NCBI GenBank assembly: GCA_944349765.1
Contig: CALVNN010000007.1
Coordinates: 246 to 32,245 of the forward strand
Direction of reading: 5' to 3'
DNA from: an uncultured Clostridia bacterium
GTDB lineage: Bacteria > Bacillota > Clostridia > Christensenellales > UBA1242
DNA: 32,000 nt
In this document: positions 7,406-13,839 of the stretch, piece by piece
Position numbering within the stretch: the stretch's first letter is position 1
Layout: the number at the start of each line of letters is the position of its first letter
Made by a program: the position numbers and the translations under genes
The notes under the pieces: generated by a model
Seen by the model: the letters and a program-made list of their open reading frames with translations, nothing else
Database searches by the model: none
What the model was told of the DNA's origin: nothing

Positions 7406-8365
7406 ATGACAACAACCAAAAAAGTGATATTTTCTATCGTTGCTGTAGTTATTATTGCCGCATTGGTAGTAGGTATCGTATTGTTAACACGCACAAACAA
7501 TAACGCAAGTGCCATTATGGAATGTAGTGTTAACCCTGATGTACAATTTGTACTCAATTCTGACAACAAAGTTATTGGCGTGAATGTTTTAAACGCAGAT
7601 GGTGAGACTTTGGTGGCAAATGCCGATTTTGAAGGCAAATCAGCCGAAGAAGCTGCTAAATTATTTGTAGAGCTTAGCACAGAAGCAGGTTACATAAAAG
7701 TAGACACCACGGGTACTAGAGTGGAGATAACTATCTACGGCGCTGACGCTGAAAGTTATGAAGCTTTAAAAGATAGAATAACTGAAAGAGTAAATAGTTA
7801 TTTTGATGAAAATGGTATCATTGCTGGTGCTGTAACTACTATCAGCGAGGATCTTAAGACTGCTTTGACCGATTTGGGAGTTAAAGCTAGCGAGGTAGCA
7901 GACGCTACTACTGAAGAAATATTAGACCTTATTGAAAAAACTACTGAGGAATTAAAGGATACAGCTGTAACATTAAGAAATACACTTATGGCTACCTTAG
8001 ATACTATTAAGGCAGGTTATGACGTAATTATGGATTCTATTCAAGCCTCTATAGATTCTTGGCAATTGCAAGTTGACAACTTAACTGGCGACGCTAAAAA
8101 GGCAGCTGAAGAAAAATTAGCTGAATTCCAAGCTCAATTTGACGAAAAGAAAGCTGAATTAGACAAAGAAATTGCCGATGCTATTGAAGACATTAAGACT
8201 AGAAGTGAAGAAATTTTAGCACAAGCTAAGACTCAAATTAACAGTTTGATTGAAACTGGCAAAGAAGTATTAAATAACCACAAAGAAGCTTTTGAAAAAG
8301 ATAAAGAAGCTATTCAAGCTCAAATAGAAGCATTTAGAGCTACCCTAACTGAGCAAGCAGCTTAA
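7406..8365 (+). CDS. N-terminally membrane-anchored protein with small extracytoplasmic domain and long Ala/Glu/Lys-rich helical (coiled-coil-like) region
   Basis: 319 aa with one TM (VIFSIVAVVIIAALVVGIVLL). The segment SVNPDVQFVLNSDNKVIGVNVLNADGE resembles, from memory, the post-TM segment of RsgI-type anti-sigma proteins, but no N-terminal anti-sigma domain is present. Confidence 0.8.
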   Translation: MTTTKKVIFSIVAVVIIAALVVGIVLLTRTNNNASAIMECSVNPDVQFVLNSDNKVIGVNVLNADGETLVANADFEGKSAEEAAKLFVELSTEAGYIKVDTTGTRVEITIYGADAESYEALKDRITERVNSYFDENGIIAGAVTTISEDLKTALTDLGVKASEVADATTEEILDLIEKTTEELKDTAVTLRNTLMATLDTIKAGYDVIMDSIQASIDSWQLQVDNLTGDAKKAAEEKLAEFQAQFDEKKAELDKEIADAIEDIKTRSEEILAQAKTQINSLIETGKEVLNNHKEAFEKDKEAIQAQIEAFRATLTEQAA

Positions 8366-8381
8366 TTACACACAAAAAAAT

Positions 8382-8410
8382 TCACGCTATAAAAATAGCG
8401 TGATTTTTTT
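8382..8410. terminator. bidirectional intrinsic terminator
   Basis: TCACGCTAT-AAAA-ATAGCGTGA stem-loop flanked by an A-run and TTTTTTT. Confidence 0.85.
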
Positions 8411-8433
8411 AGAAGTCTATGTAAAACTTAAAT

Positions 8434-8862
8434 TTAATTAATTATTTTACATTCCCAAGTCTTGAGGTCAGGGATTTCATGATTTTCAACAAATTGTTTA
8501 AAGATGTCTTCGACTTCTTCAAAATTATTAAATTCTTTAAAATACATACCTAAAGCTTCATTGTCTTCATATTTGGTAATACACATTGATATGCAGTGCT
8601 TTTTGACTTTACGAGAGAATAAATGAAATCTTAAGTCATTAAATGCACTCATCTCAACTACTCCCGAAATCTCTGGAACTGCGACAAGAGCAATATCCGC
8701 ACGCTCCTTAACTTCGTTGTCATAAGAAGTCTTAAGTAGAGCCAACTGCTCCTTTAAATCAGAATAATCCTTTAAAAGAGTAGAATATTTTTCAACTTCA
8801 TTTATATCACTAAAATCTATAGCTATCGCCTTAAACCTATAGTAAATCTTCACATCATCCAT
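8434..8862 (-). CDS. hypothetical small cytoplasmic protein
   Basis: 142 aa from ATG 8862 (MDDVKIYYRF), with AGGAG SD 11 nt upstream. The longer ORF-track start at 8928 would overlap the promoter. Confidence 0.6.
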   Translation of the reverse strand: MDDVKIYYRFKAIAIDFSDINEVEKYSTLLKDYSDLKEQLALLKTSYDNEVKERADIALVAVPEISGVVEMSAFNDLRFHLFSRKVKKHCISMCITKYEDNEALGMYFKEFNNFEEVEDIFKQFVENHEIPDLKTWECKIIN

Positions 8863-8895
8863 AAAACAAATCACTCCTAAAAAATTACTTCTAAT

Positions 8896-8924
8896 ATGAT
8901 AACACATAAAAAACAATTTATCAA
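8896..8924 (-). promoter_or_regulatory. promoter of ORF 8434-8862
   Basis: On the minus strand: TTGATA, 17 nt, TGtTATCAT. Confidence 0.45.
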
Positions 8925-9032
8925 TCAAAAAAATATATGATATATTGAATGTATATGCATAATCTGATTAGTGATAGATAATTAAAAAAAACTATCACAA
9001 AACCAACCACTAAATGCATAAAACTATATATT

Positions 9033-9064
9033 AAAAAGCAAAGGCACTACAAATGTAGTGCCTT
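9033..9064 (-). terminator. orphan intrinsic terminator (probable original tRNA-operon terminator displaced by insertion)
   Basis: 11-bp stem AAGGCACTACA / TGTAGTGCCTT followed by a T-run on the minus strand. It lies just downstream (minus sense) of the partial tRNA-Tyr copy. Confidence 0.6.
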
Positions 9065-9068
9065 TACT

Positions 9069-9087
9069 TGGTGGAAGAGGGTGGATT
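9069..9087 (-). repeat. 19-bp direct repeat identical to the 3' end of tRNA-Tyr (att-like)
   Basis: TGGTGGAAGAGGGTGGATT at 9069-9087 is identical to 10256-10274. The flanking bases differ on both sides. Confidence 0.9.
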
Positions 9088-9249
9088 GTAGGAATAATGA
9101 AAATAATGGTAAAATGTAATAAAATTTAATGTTTTTATAATAAATTTTGCTACATTTCCATATATTTTTGAATACTTTTTAAATTTTTCTGACCAAATGG
9201 ATGACCAAATTTTTTTACTATACTTTACTGATTTATACTTAAAATTTGG

Positions 9250-9278
9250 TTGAGATAAGTTAATGAATATGTTATACT
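9250..9278 (+). promoter_or_regulatory. promoter of ORF 9311
   Basis: TTGAGA, 17 nt, TATACT. AGAGG SD before the ATG. Confidence 0.4.
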
Positions 9279-9310
9279 AAATTTAATACATTTATTTATA
9301 AGAGGTACAT

Positions 9311-9826
9311 ATGGAAAAAAGAAAATACGGTGCTAAAATTTGGATAGCAATTGTATTAATTGTGTTATCGTGTTTAATAGGTTATGGCAACACTATTGAG
9401 CTTTGGGGTGATAGTGCTATAGCCCTAATATTCGCATTAATATCATACCTACCTTATATACTTGCCATAGTATTGATTTATTATGACCACAAATTTGACA
9501 CTTATATAAATGGTAGATTTACCTTGCTATGCAAATGGACAATAATATTGCTTTGCGTAGAACCTATATTCACAATATTATTGTACGCTTCTTTAGATGT
9601 TTTAAACATGGCTAAACTAATAGGTGCATACATAATGATTATTATCAGTATAATATTAATAGTTATTGACGGCTATAATTATATAAATGATAGAAAAAAC
9701 ACTAACAATGGATATAGTAGTAGCATCAAAGAAGAGAAAAGCACACAACAAAATACAAACATCACCACTACATCACAAAAGCAAGCATCAACAACTGACA
9801 ATTCTGACGAAAAAACTGAAGAATGA
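9311..9826 (+). CDS. small membrane protein (about 4 TM) with Ser/Thr/Asn/Gln-rich tail; cargo of element remnant
   Basis: 171 aa with four hydrophobic segments and a low-complexity hydrophilic C-terminus. No family recognised. Confidence 0.6.
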   Translation: MEKRKYGAKIWIAIVLIVLSCLIGYGNTIELWGDSAIALIFALISYLPYILAIVLIYYDHKFDTYINGRFTLLCKWTIILLCVEPIFTILLYASLDVLNMAKLIGAYIMIIISIILIVIDGYNYINDRKNTNNGYSSSIKEEKSTQQNTNITTTSQKQASTTDNSDEKTEE

Positions 9827-9868
9827 ATTTAATTTATTATAATAAAAGAAAGGTAGGCTAATAATTGA

Positions 9869-10180
9869 AGTGAACCCACTATACACACTGATACATTTTT
9901 ATTTAATGGGGATATACCATTATCGGAGTCAACTATAAAAAGAAAATTAGTAACATACTGCAATAAGTCCAACACAAAAATAATTCGTTTACACGACTTT
10001 AGACATAGCCACGCAAGTTTGCTTATATCTAAAGGTGCAAACATAGTATTAGTAGCAAAAAGACTTGGGCACTCCAGTACTGAAGAGACTTTAAATACAT
10101 ACGCACATTTATTCCCATCATCTGAACAAGAAATGATACATATTTTAAATAAAGATTTAAGTATAAGAAAATTATTTTGA
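9869..10180 (+). pseudogene. tyrosine recombinase / phage integrase, C-terminal fragment only
   Basis: Open frame with no start codon: ...FLFNGDIPLSESTIKRKLVTYCNKSNTKIIRLHDFRHSHASLLISKGANIVLVAKRLGHSSTEETLNTYAHLFP... It carries the catalytic R-H-x-x-R/H..Y region (HDFRHSHAS, LGHSS, TYAH). About two thirds of the N-terminus is missing. Confidence 0.85.
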
Positions 10181-10221
10181 CCAACTAATGACCATATACC
10201 TATATATAGTACACATACAAC

Positions 10222-10248
10222 AAAAAAAACACCACATTTAGTGGTGTT
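10222..10248 (-). terminator. intrinsic terminator now following tRNA-Tyr
   Basis: AACACCAC / GTGGTGTT stem followed by a run of 8 T on the minus strand. Confidence 0.7.
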
Positions 10249-10255
10249 TATGCTA

Positions 10256-10340
10256 TGGTGGAAGAGGGTGGATTCGAACCACCGAAGGTAGTACCGACAG
10301 ATTTACAGTCTGTTCCATTTGGCCGCTCTGGAACTCTTCC
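10256..10340 (-). tRNA. tRNA-Tyr (GTA), long variable arm, CCA encoded
   Basis: Cloverleaf folded by hand: acceptor GGAAGAG, anticodon stem ACAGA/TCTGT with loop CTGTAAA, T-arm GGTGG-TTCGAAT-CCACC. Confidence 0.92.
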
Positions 10341-10344
10341 ACAA

Positions 10345-10420
10345 TGGAGCTGGTGAATGGAATCGAACCATCAACCTGCTGATTACAAGTCAGCTGCTCT
10401 GCCAATTGAGCCACACCAGC
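10345..10420 (-). tRNA. tRNA-Thr (TGT)
   Basis: Acceptor GCTGGTG, anticodon loop CTTGTAA, TTCGATT T-loop, CCA encoded. Confidence 0.92.
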
Positions 10421-10445
10421 ATATTAAATCCCTAACTTAAGGATT

Positions 10446-10521
10446 TGGTGCCTCGAGGCGGAATCGAACCACCGACACGGAGATTTTCAGTCTCCTGCTC
10501 TACCGACTGAGCTATCGAGGC
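10446..10521 (-). tRNA. tRNA-Phe (GAA)
   Basis: Acceptor GCCTCGA, anticodon stem GGAGA/TCTCC with loop CTGAAAA, CCA encoded. Confidence 0.92.
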
Positions 10522-10564
10522 ATAAAGATTTTTAAATAAAAATCCTTTTTTTATATTAAATTAT

Positions 10565-10641
10565 TGGCGACCCGAAAGGGGCTCGAACCCTCGACCTCCA
10601 GCGTGACAGGCTGGCGCTCTAACCAACTGAGCTACCGGGCC
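10565..10641 (-). tRNA. tRNA-Asp (GTC)
   Basis: Acceptor GGCCCGG, anticodon stem CCAGC/GCTGG with loop CTGTCAC, CCA encoded. Confidence 0.92.
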
Positions 10642-10648
10642 AAATAAA

Positions 10649-10725
10649 TGGTGGACCTTCAGGGACTCGAACCCCGGACAAACCGGTTATGAGCCGGTTG
10701 CTCTAACCAACTGAGCTAAAGGTCC
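10649..10725 (-). tRNA. tRNA with CAT anticodon, elongator type (Met, or Ile2 if lysidine-modified)
   Basis: Acceptor GGACCTT, anticodon stem ACCGG/CCGGT with loop CTCATAA. It lacks initiator features (no C1-A72 mismatch, no GGG/CCC anticodon stem). Confidence 0.88.
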
Positions 10726-10746
10726 ATAAAAGAGATGACTCCTCAT

Positions 10747-10822
<76 letters not shown>

Positions 10823-10870
10823 ATATCAAAGTCAGCGGCAAAACCACTTTTAAATGACTTTGACTCTACT

Positions 10871-10899
10871 ATGATAATATAAAATACTTTAAATGTCAA
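10871..10899 (-). promoter_or_regulatory. promoter of the tRNA operon
   Basis: On the minus strand: TTGACA, 17 nt, TATCAT, with a very AT-rich upstream (UP-like) region. Confidence 0.55.
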
Positions 10900-11020
10900 C
10901 TAGTTTTTTAAACTTTTTGAATATTTTTTATAAAATATTAATCACTAAATCTCGCTTAAAATAAAACTAAAAATTTTTACATCCAAAAGCATTATATATT
11001 ATATTCACTATAACATTATA

Positions 11021-11929
11021 TTAATGATTTACCAAGTTCGTGTTTGTATTTTTTAAATAATCCTCTACAAATTTGATAACAGCTTCACTGTCATCAGCAT
11101 CCATCCATACAGCTTCTTTTTTGGCTCTAAACCAAGTGAGTTGTTTTTTCACATAATGTCTTGAATTGAGCTTGATTTTATCAATGGTTTCACCTAAAGT
11201 AGCTTTTTTATCAAAATAATCTTGCCACTCTTTATAACCTATAGCCTGCATTGCCTGACTCTCCCAAGAGATATTGGCTCTTAGTCTATCAACTTCTTGC
11301 ATAAGCCCATTACTTATCATATTATCAACTCTTGCATCTACTTTTTTGTAAAGTTTTTCACGCTCCATTGATAAAACAATATACAAATATTCATACTCAT
11401 TAATAGATTTATCGCTAGTATAATCAGCGCCACTTTCTAAAATCTCTAATGCTCTTATCACTCGTTTTACATTGTTTGGATGGATTTTATTTGCTAATTC
11501 AGGGGATTTATCTTGTAGCAGTTTATGAAGGCTCTCTGGGCTTATCTCAGATGCTAATTTATTGTATTTTTCACGTATTTTAGGAGAAAAAGCACCAAAT
11601 TGATAAGGATGCAATACAGCATCAATATAAAGTCCAGTCCCCCCAACCAAAATAGGAACTTTACCTCTACTAAGGATATCATCAATAATTGGCTTAACAC
11701 TATCTTTATAATTACTTACAGTAAAACTTTGATTGCCATCTACACAATCTATCATATAGTGTTTAACGCCTTGCATCTCCTCGTTAGTAACCTTTGCTGT
11801 ACCTATATCAAAGCCCCTATAAATCTGCATAGAATCAGCACTGATTATCTCACCATTAATTCGCTTTGCTAATTTTACAGCTAAATCTGTCTTGCCTACA
11901 GCTGTCGGCCCACCAATGACTATAAGCAT
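11021..11929 (-). CDS. miaA: tRNA dimethylallyltransferase
   Basis: 302 aa. P-loop GPTAVGKT and IPPT family layout. The start overlaps the mutL stop (TAATG). Confidence 0.93.
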   Translation of the reverse strand: MLIVIGGPTAVGKTDLAVKLAKRINGEIISADSMQIYRGFDIGTAKVTNEEMQGVKHYMIDCVDGNQSFTVSNYKDSVKPIIDDILSRGKVPILVGGTGLYIDAVLHPYQFGAFSPKIREKYNKLASEISPESLHKLLQDKSPELANKIHPNNVKRVIRALEILESGADYTSDKSINEYEYLYIVLSMEREKLYKKVDARVDNMISNGLMQEVDRLRANISWESQAMQAIGYKEWQDYFDKKATLGETIDKIKLNSRHYVKKQLTWFRAKKEAVWMDADDSEAVIKFVEDYLKNTNTNLVNH

Positions 11930-13827
11930 TATACTATCCTCTTAAACCATTTTTCCAGCTCGGTTTTTGTTACTTTGACTACAAATGGTCTACCATGAGG
12001 ACACTGTAAAGGCGTATCAGAACTATTGACCATCTTGATCAAAAGTTCTATCTCAGAATCACTCAACCTATCTCCAGCCTTTACAGCGCTACGACAAGCT
12101 TTAGTGGCAATTTTGTCCTTTATTAGGTTGTTTTGATTGCTTAAATAACTAATATCTGAAAAAATATCTTGGAAAAATATGTCTAGATCCATATCACTCA
12201 AAATACCTGGCACAGCGACTACTTTATAAGAACTATTGCCAAATGCTTCAAACTCAAAACCTAATTGCTCCAAAGTCTCCTTATTTTGTTCTATAAAGTT
12301 ACTTTCCTCGTAATTAGTCTTAAGGATATATGGTATCATAAGAGTCTGATTAGGAAGTTTCCCGTTACTCATTTCCTCAACAAATTTGTCATATAGCACC
12401 CTTTCGTGTGCGGCGTGCTGATCAATAATATACAAAGTCTCGTTAGACTCTACTATTATATAGGTAGTAAATGCTACACCAACTATTTTAAATGGATCAC
12501 CATCCAAAAATGTATTCTGATTAAGTGTAGTGTGGATTTTCTCTATATCTTTTTTCATAATCTCAGACATAACACTAGATTCAGAGTTAAGCTTTAAAGA
12601 CTCCACCTGCTCCTCAAACAAAGGTTCGTTGTAGTCATCAAATATTTTGACTGTAGTATCATTATAATGTGTAGGTTTTTCTTGCTCCACTGTAATAGTA
12701 GGTTGCTCATCAAACTCTTGATTTGTTTGTTGATATTTAAAAGGATTAAAACTGCTTACATTGATTTTGTTATCTTCAGATTTATTAATGATAGGAGCCT
12801 CTACCAAAGCTTCTATGCTTTCTTTTTCTTCAATATCTTTTTCGTGCTTTTGAAGTACTTGTAAAACTGTCGAATATACAAATGCAAATACTTCTGAATC
12901 TCTAACAAACTTCGCCTCAGTCTTTTGAGGTGAAACATTTATATCCACATCTCGTGGATCCATCTCAATATTGAGTATGAATGCAGGAAACTTACCTTTC
13001 ATTATAAAATCAGAATAAGCATTAAAACAAGCAATGCTGACGCATTTAGAATCTACCCATCGACCATTTATATAAGTATTTTGCCAACTTGTATTATTTT
13101 TGCATCCAAACGGAGTACATATAAAGCCACTAATACGCATTCCATTATCTACTCTATTAACCTCCACCATTTCTTGAAGAAAGTCCGCACCATATACAGA
13201 ATATATTGCATCACTAAGGCTTCCACTTGGCGACTGATAAAAAATCTCACCATCCACTAAATAGGTAAAATTTATTTCAGGATGACCAAGGATAAACCTA
13301 GCTACTGTCTTATTTACATCGTTTTGTTCAAAGCGTGGTTGCTTCAAAAATTTCAATCTAGCAGGCGTATTGTAGAATAGATTTGACACTGTAATAGCCG
13401 TACCATCAGTAGTAGCTCTTTCGCTTAATTCACCAAAAACACCGCCATCTATCTCCATATAAGTACCGACGTCTGCATCTTTTGTCTTAGTGATAATATT
13501 GGCTTTACTTACTGCACCTATACTAGCCAGTGCTTCTCCTCTAAAGCCCAAAGTCTCTATATGAAAAATATCATCAACACTATTAATTTTACTAGTTGCG
13601 TGAGATAAAAACGCTTTCTTGACATCTTCCTGTTCAATACCGGAGCCATCATCTATCACTCGGATCTTAGTGATACCGCCACCTTCTATCTCAATCGTTA
13701 TTTTGTCTGCGCCTGCATCTATGCTATTCTCCACTAGTTCCTTTACTACAGCAGACGGATTGGTCACCACTTCACCTGCTGATATATGATTATATACAGA
13801 GCTATCAAGTAAATTTATTTTGCCCAT
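11929..13827 (-). CDS. mutL: DNA mismatch repair protein MutL
   Basis: 632 aa. GHKL ATPase N-terminus (VVKELVENSIDAGA, DDGSGI, GFRGEAL) and a C-terminal dimerisation domain. Confidence 0.95.
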   Translation of the reverse strand: MGKINLLDSSVYNHISAGEVVTNPSAVVKELVENSIDAGADKITIEIEGGGITKIRVIDDGSGIEQEDVKKAFLSHATSKINSVDDIFHIETLGFRGEALASIGAVSKANIITKTKDADVGTYMEIDGGVFGELSERATTDGTAITVSNLFYNTPARLKFLKQPRFEQNDVNKTVARFILGHPEINFTYLVDGEIFYQSPSGSLSDAIYSVYGADFLQEMVEVNRVDNGMRISGFICTPFGCKNNTSWQNTYINGRWVDSKCVSIACFNAYSDFIMKGKFPAFILNIEMDPRDVDINVSPQKTEAKFVRDSEVFAFVYSTVLQVLQKHEKDIEEKESIEALVEAPIINKSEDNKINVSSFNPFKYQQTNQEFDEQPTITVEQEKPTHYNDTTVKIFDDYNEPLFEEQVESLKLNSESSVMSEIMKKDIEKIHTTLNQNTFLDGDPFKIVGVAFTTYIIVESNETLYIIDQHAAHERVLYDKFVEEMSNGKLPNQTLMIPYILKTNYEESNFIEQNKETLEQLGFEFEAFGNSSYKVVAVPGILSDMDLDIFFQDIFSDISYLSNQNNLIKDKIATKACRSAVKAGDRLSDSEIELLIKMVNSSDTPLQCPHGRPFVVKVTKTELEKWFKRIV

Positions 13828-13839
13828 ATAAACACTTCC

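Larger units (their letters stand above)
9069..10274. mobile_element. decayed tRNA-Tyr-integrated element remnant
   Basis: Bounded by the 19-bp direct repeats. Contains a truncated tyrosine recombinase gene next to the intact tRNA, plus one membrane-protein ORF. Confidence 0.7.

Noticed and set aside
7381-7680. 99-aa minus-strand ORF overlapping the start of the 7406 gene
   Set aside because: It is antisense to a gene with strong promoter, SD and terminator signals, and it would run through that gene's promoter.
9829-10044. 71-aa minus-strand ORF in the element remnant
   Set aside because: It overlaps the clearly recognisable integrase C-terminal reading frame on the plus strand, and it has no RBS.
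10522-10564. AT-rich hairpin plus T-run in the tRNA-Phe/tRNA-Asp spacer (AAAGATTTTT...AAAAATCCTTTTTTT)
   Set aside because: The T-run is on the plus strand, opposite to the direction of the tRNA operon. The stem is almost pure A/T with a bulge. It is more likely a processing spacer than a terminator.
10649-10725. CAT-anticodon tRNA as initiator tRNA-fMet
   Set aside because: Positions 1 and 72 are base-paired (G1-C72), and the anticodon stem lacks the three consecutive G-C pairs. It is elongator-type (Met or lysidine-modified Ile2), and sequence alone cannot separate those two.
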